A stretch of 51,618 bases of DNA, counting the filler, from Sphacelaria rigidula (lineage: Eukaryota), in assembly GCA_964200075.2 (NCBI GenBank). It is 4 parts of 4 records of this genome, joined end to end, with 100 filler letters (N's around TTAATTAATTAA, not from the genome) between each part and the next. Parts side by side here need not be neighbours in the genome. Positions count along the whole stretch, not along the records: positions 25,862 to 38,690 come from CAXNAA020003382.1; positions 38,791 to 51,618 come from CAXNAA020003383.1; 2 more parts are not named here. One strand, 5' to 3'. Position numbers and translations under genes: made by a program. The first letter of the stretch is position 1; every line of letters begins with the position of its first letter. Positions 35,701-47,849 of the stretch are shown piece after piece. The notes beneath the pieces are model-generated. The model did not search any database. It was not told the origin of the DNA and saw only the letters and a program-made list of their open reading frames with translations.

Positions 35701-37575
35701 TGGAGGCTTGCCTTTTTCGACCGTATACTACGTAGTCCTTCCTGCCTTTTGGTACGTACAAAAGACATGCCTACGAATCTAAAATATTTATTTGTGCGCC
35801 TGGGTCGTTTTTCCATGCTCGTGGTTTTTCATTTGCGTGTATGTACGTTCACCTTTTTGATGTCTTTTAGAGGTGTTAGACCAAATTCAACCGTATGCGA
35901 CGTGTTTCGGTGCTTTCAAGCAGCAAAAATCCAACAAGGATCGGAGGAATGGGATCATCGCCATCGCTGGTTAGAATCGCCAAATCTACGATTTCTGAGG
36001 CCTAATTGCTAGACAGAGACAGAGAACAGTTGACCGCGCGCCACCAAGGTCTCTACGCACAGTTACCCCTTTTCCACGTACCTCGGCGGGGTATGCGTAG
36101 CTGGGGTGCAACCCTGAAAATGCAGGCTCAAGGATTGATAAGTACGATACGAATCAATCACACGTATGGATTATATATTCTTCAGACAAATCATTATTCG
36201 TCCGACCGTTGAAATCTAACCTGATTGTGCCATCTTCTCCCTCCGTCGTCTGCCCCCTCCCCCCCCCCCTCCCAGGTTCACCCAGGCTACCTATCCGCCA
36301 ACGCTCCCCTGCGCCACGTGAGCACGAGCAGAGCGGGTACTTACGTAGCTGTTGCGGGTTCTAGAGGACTGGCGATTTACAACCGTCCCACCGGCCGCTG
36401 GCGACTGTTCGGAAACATCGAGCAGGTAATGTGCACTTCACCTGTCCCATGAGTCTGGGTGGTTTCGGGGTGCAGGTCGTATCTCACGAACGAAGACGCT
36501 TACGATACCATAGTTAGGATCGCTGAAGAGATGCAATTATGGAGATGCTCATAGAAAAAACCATGAATCGAAGAATGAAATGAGTTGTAAACGCATTTTC
36601 GGGTCAGAATTGACCCAATTTAGGCTACTTCGAATCCAGTTTTAGCCAAATTTGATCGATTTTTTGCCATTTTTGGTTCTACATCAGAAGTGACGACGTG
36701 GCGAGAGCGGTTTCAGGACGAGACGTAGCTACCCTCTGTACAAGAAGCATGCTGCGAAGAGTTTTTTTGTTGTTGTTGCCCCCCCCGTGCTCCGTCTCGA
36801 AAGGGATGCGTGGTCAATGGTCACACGACTAACGCAAGCAACAAATGAGTACGTGGAGGGGCGGAAATACGGTCTCTTTTGGGCGGACTGAGCTTTTGGC
36901 GTCCGTTCGGCCGCATGGGTCAAGGAACAATTGTCCAAAACAAATATTGGTTTCAAGTAAAAGACGCCACATAATGCAACAAAAGAAGCAAAAATCACAT
37001 CGGACATGGTGGAGGGTCCGCATAAATATAACCACCCCAAGTTCATGGGACAGAGGAGATACAAGATCTGCAGCGGTGGCACCCCATGCAATTGTGGTGG
37101 CGGTTTTGTGGTGGCAGATGAACCGACTACAGGGGGTGCTCGACAGCCTACTCGCATGCATGCTTTAGCGAGTTTTTATCATGCCACATGAGCAGAATGA
37201 CCATGGTTCAATCCCCGCGAAGCAGTGATGGTTACTAGTGTATTATACCCCGAAGCTAGGCAGGTTATGGATACGTTGTCGTTCCCTGGTCTAGGGAGTA
37301 TGGTGGCGACCGTTTTTCAACCGCCGTCTTCCCCGCTGTCCTCCCTATGCCCGCCCACGGGTCACGATGTCACACTTCTGCCTGATGTGGTTCAACAGGA
37401 GCAGGACGTGGAAGTGGCGGGTATGTGCTGGTGGGGAGAGTCGGCGCTTGTGGTGGCGTCCCGTCTGAAGCATGGATTTGTCCTGCTGCTTTACTCCAGG
37501 AAGCATCTGGACGCGCAGTCGTTGCTGCTGCCTCCAATTCGGCTGCCGGTCGGCCTGCGCCCTCTGTTCATGCAG
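29275..37575 (+). CDS. RIC1: RIC1 homologue (RAB6A-GEF complex partner 1, WD40-like propeller region), internal exons; both ends missing
   Basis: Phase-compatible exons 29275-29442, 30190-30357, 31021-31557 (alternative donor 31583), 32024-32099, 33830-33987, 34422-35210, 36276-36425 and 37399-37575. Diagnostic stretches: VEFSANGCLMAVALVDGTV, CFSFDGWALSVGH..LTVWS, LTWGSEGYRL, YLSANAPLRHVSTSRAGTYVAVAGSRGLAIYNRPTGRWRLFGNIEQEQDVEVAGMCWW and LLLYSRKHLD. These match the RIC1 pattern YLxxNxPIR...W(K/R)LFGNxxQEQ. Confidence 0.88.
29698..29737 (+). repeat. (GTT)n microsatellite in a RIC1 intron
   Basis: About 12 GTT units. Confidence 0.9.
30841..30945 (+). repeat. Family X dispersed repeat
   Basis: Colinear with 78-170 and followed by a C-run. 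Confidence 0.8.
32302..32561. mobile_element. MITE, probably hAT-type, in a RIC1 intron
   Basis: ~36 bp TIRs TACACGTCGGACGGATCATGATCCGTCTGAAATAAC / GTTATTTTCAGACGGATCATGATCGATCCGACGTGTG. Imperfect 8 bp TSD GAATGGTT / AATTGGTT (6 of 8). Confidence 0.75.
33539..33757 (+). repeat. Family X dispersed repeat, tandem dimer
   Basis: Two head-to-tail copies (33539-33640 and 33656-33757), each preceded by CGCTGCAGC, downstream of a C-homopolymer. Confidence 0.85.
35926..36210 (+). repeat. Diverged dispersed repeat (second copy at 38045-38325), probable DNA transposon end
   Basis: Shared blocks ATCGCTGGTT..AATC.CCAAATCTAC, TTTCCACGT.CCT.GC.GGGGTA.GCG...CTGGGGTGCAAC.CTGAAAA and TACGAATCAAT. Both copies end in TATTCGTCCGACC. 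Confidence 0.75.
36787..36853 (+). repeat. Family X dispersed repeat, 5'-truncated
   Basis: GTGCTCCGTCTCGAAAGGGATGCGTGGTCAATGGTCACACGACTAACGCAAGCAACAAATGAGTAC, directly after a C-run. Confidence 0.85.
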
Positions 37576-38044
37576 GTATGGATGTCTTTGTTCTCGCATG
37601 CATATCGTGGATCTTGCCTTATTGTGGCCGTACTGCGTGTCCCATGTCTCGAGAGTTACTTGTTTTCGTCTTTTTCTCTTTGCCTTTGCCTTTTCCTTCT
37701 CCTCTGCATTTATTCTTATTTTTGTTTCTGTTTTGTTTTTTCTCCCTTTCCCGTTTCATTGGCTCGTTGGTTGTGTCTTGTGCTGTGGTAATGACCGCTG
37801 GTTTAGTTTCACCCTTTGAATGCGGTGTGTGTGTGCCTGTGCCTGTGCCCGTGCCCGTGCGCAGGGAGTCCAAGAAGGCGGGACCCGTCCGACCACCGAC
37901 GTTCTTTTCTTGCTCGTTGCCGGCTTGGGGTCGTACTTGCTCTATCGATTCAGGTAATATTCGCATTTTTGTTGGCCTGCGATCGTGAATGTTGTGGGTA
38001 TGTTGCTGATGACTGTCCTATGAGTTATTTCGTGCTTACACGAT

Positions 38045-38325
38045 GAAAAATGCGAAGGGATTCAAGGCTCGGACGAGTTATCGCTGGTTCCAATCACCAA
38101 ATCTACCATGTTTGATCTCAGGCCTGGTTGCTCGAACGAGAGAAGAAAGAAATCGCCGCGGGTCGGAGAAGTCTACGCAAATTTTGCGCTTTTCCACGTG
38201 CCTGGCTGGGGTACGCGGACCTGGGGTGCAACGCTGAAAACACAACCCGAGGATAGATTTTTACGTTACGAATCAATTACACTAAAAGCAAGTAATTTTC
38301 GGATAAGTCACTATTCGTCCGACCC
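38045..38325 (+). repeat. Second copy of the 35926-36210 repeat
   Basis: Colinear similarity with 35926-36210. Confidence 0.75.
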
Positions 38326-38690
38326 TTACAAGGAATGACAACTGGTTCTTTACAAACCTCTCTATGGACATTGCTCTATTCGATCCTACCGTGTGCCGGT
38401 GGCCATTTGTTCTCCGCCACCCGCCACCCCCCCTCCTTCCTCTCCCCCGGTCCGGCGAGAAACCGGCGTGCGCCGTCCCGGCTTTGACGCTATAAAACAC
38501 GCTACTCACTGCGTAAGCTAGGCAACCAGGTTACAGTTTTTTTTTCGCGCTTGCGTTTTTTTGCGGTAGCCATGATGGTAGTCGAGCTAGATCATGTTGG
38601 GCGGCGTGGGAGAACCTCAACTCCGCACAATGGGGATGGTCGTACTACGCAGTGTTAGAATGGTGAGACACCCATGAGGCAGTGTATAAG

Positions 38691-38790
38691 NNNNNNNNNN
38701 NNNNNNNNNNNNNNNNNNNNNNNNNNNNNNNNNNTTAATTAATTAANNNNNNNNNNNNNNNNNNNNNNNNNNNNNNNNNNNNNNNNNNNN
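38691..38790. other. Artificial contig-join spacer
   Basis: N44-TTAATTAATTAA-N44. Confidence 0.97.
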
Positions 38791-38884
38791 TTTTCTTTTT
38801 GGTTTCTGCCTTTGGTATTTGGGCCTTGGCCCCGCCTCCCTTTTGGCGCGGGGGCTTTTTGGGGGGGGGGGGCTATCGTGAAGC

Positions 38885-41800
38885 GTGTCCTTCGTGCGCA
38901 CGAAATGCTACGAACGCGACTTTGGCCTCGACAACATTCGCACCGCGATGTGTAACGCGCACAATGATCGGAATTTTGGTTTGTCAACTGCATCAACCGT
39001 GGCCAGACCTGGAACGGCCATGCAGGCTACGACATCTGGTATTCAGTGTCACCTTTGCAAGGGTTTGGGCACTATCAACATGAGTGCCCGAACAACAAGC
39101 GAAGTCGGACACGGCCGAATAATCCAACACAGAGACGTCGAAAAACATGTAAGAAGTAGAGAAGTAACGAAGCATCAAAATGGTGCTCGTATCATAGAAC
39201 AACAACATACAACAACGCTGAGTGCAAGGCACAACAAAAAAAGCAGCAACGAACGGAAGCGCCAACATCACCAATGTAAGCATTCCCGGGTCATTCATCC
39301 CGCCGTCTGCCGCGGCGACGACTGCAAACAGCAATTCGTCCGCAACAGTCGGAGGATCCCAGCAACCTGTGATGACGGAGTCGGCTCCTCCAGTGTTTTC
39401 CTTCGGCACGTCCACCCCACCACAGGATGCTGGACTTTCAGAAAACACATTCGACCCCGTCAGTGCCTTCGGTGGGGATACTGGAGCAGCTCTCTTGGCG
39501 GCGGCACCAACGGCTCGGGCAGCCAACGACACCACTCCGTAACCTGGCTGATGGACAGTGGCGCGACCAGTCCCTACTTGGACACCAATCTCGAATCGGG
39601 TGTTTCAGCCCGGGCGAGTGAGTACACGGCCCTCGAACTGCAGTTCAAAATTATGACAGGGGGACAAAATGAAGTCGAAGCAGTTGCAACTGCCACCATT
39701 CATAGTACAGTCACCGACAGAGAAGAGAAGGCGCACCATGTCGCCCCCTCTTGCTTCGTCGTCCCCGGACTCGGGCGTCATCTATTCTCCGTGAAAGTGG
39801 CGACCAAGCAAGGCATCATCGCCATCTTCGATCAACATCATCCCCGACTGCAGACTTCATCGTTCGTGCTTCCCCTGGAACAATCGATCCACAACCAAGA
39901 CCTCTACACGTTCCGCATGAAGTTGAGCGGCTACGCCGAACATCAACTTGGGGTAACTATGCACGTCAGCACCGGCGCAAACCTCTGGCATCGTCGACTT
40001 GGTCACGTCGGCATCATGAGCCTGAATTTACTTCGAAAGGTGGAAGGCTCTGGTATCAGCTTCGATGGAACAATATCACCCTGTGTGACGTATGCGCTCT
40101 AAGCAAAAGCAAACAACACGGACATCTACGCGACGTGACGGACCGCGTCAACGACCTTATCGAATCTTCATCGGGAGAGGTCCCCACTGGAGCATCCCCA
40201 GGAGGGGGAGTCATTAAAGGTTCACCTCCAGCTACAACACCGTCACCTACAGCGTCCGATAGACGTCATCTCCCGCGCAGGCACGAGAAGTGCTCAACCC
40301 CGCGAGCTAAAGCGCCTGGAGACTTTGGCCACTTTCCACGCCAGGGCAAATATGCGAGACATCGCTCACGAGGATGGAGTTTCCCTCCTGGAGTGTGCGT
40401 ACTCTGCCACACACACCCACATTCGAAGTTGTTCGGAGGGGGAAAAAGTGCTCATAGTGCCGAACACCTTTCAAGAGGCAATGCGACTGCCAGAGGCGAA
40501 GCAGTGGAAGGCAGCATCAAACAAATATATAGAAAGTCTTCGTTCCAATAATGTCTTCACGCTTGTATCCTTCACGGCGATTCCTGCAGGGATGAAAGCC
40601 ATCGGATCCCAATGGGTGTATAAGGTGAAAGCCGACAACACATACAAGGGAAGACTCGTCGTCCAAGGATGGGGACAAGTACCGGGCATCGACTGCGACG
40701 GCACTTTCGCTCCCGTCTGTAGGCTACAGAGCATCCGTATGGTGCTTGCAGCGACCGCGGAGGTGGACTGAGAAATCTGGCAGCTGGACGTGCAGATGGC
40801 ATCTCTAAACGCGGCTGTTGAAGAGGAAGTTTACGTCGAGGTGGCCCCGGGCTATGAGGAGAACGATCCCGTAACGAGAGTTCCTCTCGTGATGAAGCCC
40901 CGGAAGTCGTTATATGGCCTTCGCCAGTCGCCACTGAATTGATGGAACACCATGGACAAATTCCTGGGGGAGATCGGTGCCACCTCTCTCGCTTCAGATC
41001 CCTGCATCTACATCTTCACTGACAACGACGACAACGACGACAGCAGGGCCTGTACCTCCTGGGGCGATACCGTCAGCACCGCTCTCGGAAAAAGGAAGGT
41101 TGTCGCGCTTTTCACCCTCTACGTGGACGATGTGCTTCTTGTTGGAGGGGACGTGGCAGTACTGCAGATGCTCAAGAAAAAGCTCATGGTTCGTTTCAAA
41201 ATGACGGGCATGGGAGACGTGTCACTTGTACATGGAATGAGAGTCACCCGAGACCGCAAGAATGGGACGCTCACTCTCAGCCAGGAGAACTACACCGAAT
41301 CGATGCTGGAGAAGTACGGCATGAGGGACTTCAATCCGCTGAGCACATCAGAAACGGGAGCAGAGCTGTCATTGAATCGACCGGAAGAGCAGCTTCTGGA
41401 TTCGGCGGCAAACACAGCGATACCAGGTGATCACCGGCTCTTTAATGTGTCTGGCACAAGTGACCCGGTAAAATATCCAGTTTGCTGTCTACCAGCTTGC
41501 GAGAGCGATGTCAAGACCATCAAAAGCACACATGGGTGCTGCGAAACATCTTCTACCTTACCTTGCGGGGAGTGGTAGTTTCGATATCACGTGCAGGAAG
41601 GGACGATTTCAGCTCACGGCGTTTTCGGACGCCAACTGGGAGAACAACCCGGATGACGGGAAATCGATGCCCTCCAATATCGCCATGCTCTCGAACGCTC
41701 CGGTGAGTTTCAAAGTCGGAATACAGGGTCTAACTGCTCAGTCGACAATGGAAGCGGAGCTTGTGGCGGCAGCGCTAGCAATGAAAGAGACTATGTTATG

Positions 41801-42400
41801 TTCCAAGATGATGATGGAGCTGGGATTCGACGAGGCATTTCACAGCGTTCCGGTTCACATCGACAACACCTCAACACTTCACGTTGCCGGTATCAGCACC
41901 TACAGTGGACGGACCAAGCATGTGTCATTGCGCTACTTCTTCATTCGCGAACTCATCAAGAAGCGGAGGATCACCCTTCATCACGTGGACACCAAGAACA
42001 ACATCGCCGACATTGGGACGAAAAACTTGGGCAAACAATGTCACCTGCATCTGCTGCACGTAATCATAACCTTGAGAACTTTCGATGAGGACGCGAACAA
42101 GAGAGCTGGTCTGATGCGTACTTTCTAGCGTGCGGTTGGATGACGACTGTGTTTCGTAAAAATGAAAACGGAGAAAGTGTTGGCATGAAACTCCAAGTGT
42201 ACATTGAAGGGAATATGCAGAGGTGGAAACATGCGTTTCCACAAGTAGGCCTGGAATATTCATCCGTCCGGATTTCTCCATCTCTCCTGAGTGCTACTTC
42301 CATTGAGGGGGAGTGTCAAGAATTTCATATTGCATAACATATGTGAGTCAATGTTCAGTAGCATCGAGGTAAAATACGGACGCTTGTTCACGCAGTAACA
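38885..42400 (+). mobile_element. Decayed Ty1/copia LTR retrotransposon (gag end, protease, pre-integrase, RT, RNase H, PPT, start of 3' LTR)
   Basis: Frameshifted Zn knuckle CHLCKG/FGHYQHEC (~39047-39087). Protease WLMDSGAT (~39545). LWHRRLGH and CDVCALSK. RT from PNTFQEAM through KGRLVVQGWGQVPGID.DGTFAPV to LYVDDVL (YVDD at 41120-41131), with TGA stops at 40769 and ~40940 and a frameshift near 41412. RNase H from FSDANW through STMEAEL and RTKHVSLRYFFIRE to NIADIGTK, ending at 42128. Domain order is PR-IN-RT-RH. The 3' end of the LTR is approximate. Confidence 0.95.
42305..42313 (+). promoter_or_regulatory. Polypurine tract of the copia element, immediately followed by TG at the 3' LTR start (42314)
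   Basis: GAGGGGGAG|TGTCAAG, about 180 bp after the RNase H stop. Confidence 0.75.
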
Positions 42401-44180
42401 GGCGGGACATTATGCGGGGAATAGGAAACGATTGGAGTTGTTGTGCAGCCTTCGAGAATGCTGGGGTGTGAAGGTTGTTCTGGAAAGATATCATTGACTA
42501 GTGGTCGCAGGTCAGTCAAGAACTCGTCAGATGAATAGATTTGGCGGTTGGATACGTTTTCTAGATTCGGCGGAACATGCGACAGTGAGAGTTCCCGAGA
42601 AAGATTCGTAATTTGGGAACACCGACTGATTGTTCGAGAAAGCAGCAAAGTAGCGTAGCGATCTTCGTCGTGACCATCCCACATGGTCTCACTCTTCAGC
42701 ACTTCTCTTCACTCCTCTTCTTGAGGTTCTTCCCGTGTGGGACGCTTTGTCTGTTTGTTTGGGGTCTGCTATATGGACGAGTAATAAGAGATATGCATCC
42801 GTGTTCGAACACCTGCGGTGTTCACTCCTGAGACGAGGTCAGCATAAGACTGCCTGCGCCAACCTCTGCAGTCACCTGCCAAGAGGAGTACAACGGTCTC
42901 CACGACCGCCATATTCCTCAACACTGAAGTGTTTGTTTGCTTGCTTGCTTGTTTGCTCGTTCGCTTGTTGTTCTTCACTCCAATGGACTGAGGGGAAGCC
43001 ACTTCTCATGTTTTCTTTTGGCGTCCCTCTTTCTATTTTTATTTGGTGATGCTTTGCTTGGTTCCTTTCGTTTGAGTTTTTTGTCTGGAATTTCAGAAAA
43101 ACAGATAAGGACCCCACGTCTTGTGAACGAGTTGCAGATACGGCATTGGAAAGACAAGCCTACGTCTGTGACCATGGGTTCAAGATATCGTACAAATGTG
43201 TGGAAATACTTATGAAGAGTAACGAGGAGTGTGGCCACAACCAAAGAAAAGTGGCTCAGGCGCTTGTTGAGCAACTGGGCATCGTCTCCTAGATTTGGCG
43301 ACGAATGCAATGTGCGGACCACGGCTCAACTCTCCTGTGTCGACGAGATAGGTCTTCGAGAGCTTCAATCTATTCCTAGGCTGAACCACCCCGTACATGG
43401 CGTCGTTATTGGCTATAGTATGTCATTGTACAAACGTTTTTATATCTCAACATCCAGACTGGCCAGTGTAACATGTCGCCTAGATGAAAGATCCTACTGT
43501 GGTGCAACCCAAAAGGTGTGTGGTACAGTAAGATGGCGCTGTTCAATGGTTAACAGTGTGAGGCGTGAGGGGACCGCGTGCTTAGGGGACCGCATCGAGT
43601 TCAAAACACCTCAGGATCAACGCTTTTCAAAACCGTATTCGAATGATCGTGTTAATCAGATTATCTTGTATCAACAACAGCCCCTTGTGCTTAAACGAAT
43701 TACTGCCCCCTTGCAGTAACTGGGAAGAAGATGATGATGTGTTGTAATTCGTTATTATCACTATCCACACGTAGGAAATTGGGCGAAGAGAGGTGACGGA
43801 GACGAGTGAGGGAGTAGGGCGTAGATCACTACCCTGTCACGAGTGCCTAGGATCCAAACTCTACCGCGTCGCAAGATCCGCGATACATTTATCAAATGTA
43901 GGAACTCGAAACAGTCTTCATTTTTTCAATCGCAAGGAACGTTCTCAGTAACCTTGCTAGGAAAATCGGATACCCCGCAATTTCCCCGCACATGCTTCTG
44001 GCTTTTGTTTGTAGATCAGCTATATTGAACAAGACACATCTGAGACGAGAGCAAACACCACCATCAAGTAGAAATTCCGCGAAGAATTTTCTCCATCTTC
44101 GAAGAAATGTCCACGCCAGATGTTGTCACGACGAGCAACAGTAGTAGATCCATCCACTACACCTGTTGCCCATTTTATGT

Positions 44181-45411
44181 TTTGACCGCGACATGAATGG
44201 GTCATCTGTTCAATCAGCATCAATATCACTTGGAAAATGACTACATGGGATAATATATTCATGAGATTAGGGAGAGAATCTATTTTACGGAACGGAAGCT
44301 TTGTCGTGATTTACACCAACAAGATCGACTCATCCGACACGGACATCACCGTCCTGAAAACCCGTGATCTGACGGGAACTACGGCAAAAAAACAATTGAA
44401 ATCGACGTGGTCCGTACAGAGTTATAAGGAAGAATGTTTTTAAATTAAGAAAAAAGATAAATGCACATCTTCAGCCGTATCTCATGGAAGGCGTCACCGG
44501 TTTTCAATCTGACTGCGCTGAATTCCTGTCAGATCACGGGCTTTCAGCGGGGTGACGGCCGTTTCGGACGATTAGATTGCCTTGGTGTAAATAACAAAAA
44601 ACCTCCCGTTTCGAACGCAAAACCCGCTCCTGATCTCGCAAACATGTTGATATAGCCAGATGACCTACCGTCGCGGTCAAAGTGTCAGACAATTCCGTTG
44701 AAGCAATGGTTCGTGGCTGAACTTCTCGTACATGTATCGAAAGGTTTGCACCATGTCTTCGGCACCAAATCACAGCTGCTTCCGGGTATTTTGAAACTAT
44801 TTTACCCTTCGTGACGCCAAAAACGACATGTATGTGATGTACATAATCTAATTCAACGCGACATACTTCATTTTCTGGCAGTTGGGTGCTTGAAATATAG
44901 TACACCACTACATTGTTTGCACCTGCGTGTGTTCTGTAGTAGTCTGCCGTTTTTAGTTCATGCTACTGTACGACTCCTGTACTGTTCCCGAGAGCACAAC
45001 GACCAACCAAGGGTTGCTCAGTGCGCTCAGATGCAGATATGTGTATATATTGTGCTGGTACATGTGTCGTGTAAACAATACCAGATAATCTAAACTCATG
45101 ACCGCCACAATATATTGGTCATCTGTTGAATCGTCAATGGTCCAGGTGACCTACCCTAGCGAGAAATGAGATCATCCTTAGACCGCAAGGGTAGGCCATA
45201 TAATAAATCGGCATCCTTTACGCCCTAAAACTAAGGTTAATGGTGCCGATTCAACCGATCACCTACGCTCGCGTTCAAATTGTTAACAGTTTGGCTGCGA
45301 AGGTAGTTCATGTGGATTATGCATACTTTTCCAGGTGAAATTGATGCCGAATCAACGGATGACCTACTCTCGCCGTCAAAGGTCAACTGTTTGACTGCGA
45401 TGGCAGTTCAT
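44181..45411. repeat. Cluster of a ~35 bp motif in both orientations
   Basis: TTTGACCGCGA..GTAGGTCATC(C/T)GTTGAATCGGCA-like copies at about 44181 (+), 44655 (-), 45099 (+), 45244 (-) and 45346 (-). The last two extend to a ~67 bp direct repeat. Confidence 0.6.
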
Positions 45412-47849
45412 CCTGCTGGGACACATGCAGCCATACACAGCGGTACAGCAGGTAGGCGGCTGAAATGATGTGCAGAAGAAATCGCTGTCAACGTGCCCAA
45501 CGTCGCGCACTTCCGCCGACCACGGCTATCCGACTACGGAAAAGCCGAGAAGCCACAAAGTCTCTGGAACAGTTTGGCCCGCCCAATCTGTAGAGAATAA
45601 CACTGGTACATTCAATCAACGGGCATGACGCTACTGTAGAAAATACCCCGGTAGTGACACACATTTCGGGAAGAAGTCAAACCGCACCGCTCGGAACGGA
45701 AAGTCTCGAGGTAAAAAAATGGCATAAAGTTGCAGCACAGGCGCCCGAAAATATAAAGGCCTGCGGCTGAGCTAGGCCCTGACCTTAAAGTCATGCCTTA
45801 TGTTTTGCCTTAGAGCCCCTTTTCAGAAAGGGGTTGCCTGAAAGGGGGTATATGGCGCCCAAGATGCCTTGTTTGGGCGAGGCAAACACATATACGACAA
45901 GGAACGAAAGTAAGGCACATGAATGACGACGCCAACTCCGATTTGTCAGCAGGAAGGGCGTCGCAGCCATAGCAGTATATACAGTATATATACATCTATC
46001 AGATGTAATAGCATTGAGTGAACAGTGGATAATTGCCAGCAACAATCCCTCTGCGGGTTTTCACACTGGCTTTCACTTGGTTATCATAGCACACTACCCT
46101 CGGATGTACGAGGCGCCTTCACGCCACGGCGGGGCACGCGGAGACTCCAACAAAACAAAAGCAGAAAGGAGGCAAGTTGGGTAGTGGTGGAGAAATACCG
46201 AGGCAGGTGTGATCAGGAGCGAGAGAGGTGCGGACGGCCGGAAAGGGGACTTGAGAAAGGCTGAAGACAAAACGAACAACGTCCCGTGAAGTCTGTAGAA
46301 AGTACACGGAAGCAAAATCTGTAGTGATCACAGAGAACAGAAAAGTGAAACTCTTCGATCTGGTGAATCGTGGTGAGGGGAAATACCAAGCTGTGGGGTG
46401 TCACACAATGACACCTCTGTGCAGGGAAGCCGCCCAAAAAGAATCACCATGCGTATCGGAATGACAAGGTTTGTCGCGCTTCGCGCCACCGCTCAAATGG
46501 AATGAAATCAAGGCAAAGGATGATGTAGAGCGTTGGGCGCTGAAGATATGATTTGCAGATGACTTATAATTCTACAGGAACAATTGGATCTATACTCGTA
46601 GAAAAAGGGAAAACCGTAGTGTGAATGGCAATTGCACCCGCGACTTTGTCTGTCGGGTTGTGAATACGTTTTAGTAAAACTGCACAAACGTGACCATTAC
46701 CGGTCAAACGTCGTCGATGCAAAGACCTCACTCGAGACAATGATTCTGCACTCTATGAAACACCAACAACCAACCGTTGAGTGCACAGAAGACGCCACAG
46801 CTCAGGGGGTAGGGACTAAAACTAGTACTGGAGAATTCATTGTCAGTGCGCTCGCAGTTACATCCCTCACCAGATCACCACGATCCGAGGAAAACCTTTG
46901 ATGGATCCAAGAGGTCAGTAAAAAGATATCTACCCCGGGCGCTTACGCGCTACTCCAGGCTAAAGTCTTGAGGGCCCGATTCTGACAACCAACAGGTCCT
47001 GACGAATTAATTTGAAATCGAAACAAGCTATGGTCTAACTTTGCCTGTCTTCTATTTTCGCTGTTTCAGTACATTCAATACGACATCAATAGTAAAACAT
47101 TTAGTGCATGGCACGTATGACTACATAGAAAACAGGTCCAATGCGTTGGTGAGGTCTCATGTGGAGGTTAGGGACATGGTTTCTCCAGGGATAAAATAAG
47201 GGAGTAGCCTCACCCGGCCGTGGTATCCACCGTTTTGTCAAACAAACGGTGGTGCTCCTGACTATCCTCCGGGTACATATAGCAACGGTCTCGATGTTTT
47301 TTTGGTACCTTTTATGCGTTCGGAAGCATCCCCGCGTAGCCTGCCTGCAAACGACTAATACATCAAACAACCCCGCCCCCCGGGTGAGGGTGTCTGCGGA
47401 AGCGATGTATGCTCATGTCATAGTCGGGAAGTGGGGGGAGGGGGGTGGTCTCAAATCAGCAAGTAGGATGTATATATATGTTCTGGTGAACACTCGTGTG
47501 TTCAGGGACATTACCATTCATGTTTTTCAGGCCCTGAAGGAGGATTATGATTCATACGCGTGCTTAGGGAGGACATGGAGTGATATCTTCACCTGGTGTC
47601 TGTAGTCCCGTCAAGAACAACGAAAGACGTCACTGCTTACGGTAGATCATGGGATTTTTGTATTTTTTACCGGCGACGTGTTTAGATAAATGTTGTCCAG
47701 CTCCAAAGAACCCATGCGTCGGATAAGAACCCCTTTCTGTTGAGATTTCTCGGGGAGAGGATGAGATGATTTTGTCTCTCAGGGAGGAGGGGAGGGGAGG
47801 GGGGGCAAGGATCATGAAGCAAAAGGGTAAGGTGAGTACATTCGAACGA

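Noticed and set aside
40769-40942. Two TGA codons at Trp positions in the copia RT as evidence of recoding or an alternative genetic code
   Set aside because: The element also has frameshifts and a deletion, and host genes use TGG for Trp, so ordinary G-to-A decay explains them.
46080-46408. Possible LTR on the minus strand beginning TGTGACACCCC
   Set aside because: The other end, TSD and PBS could not be identified.
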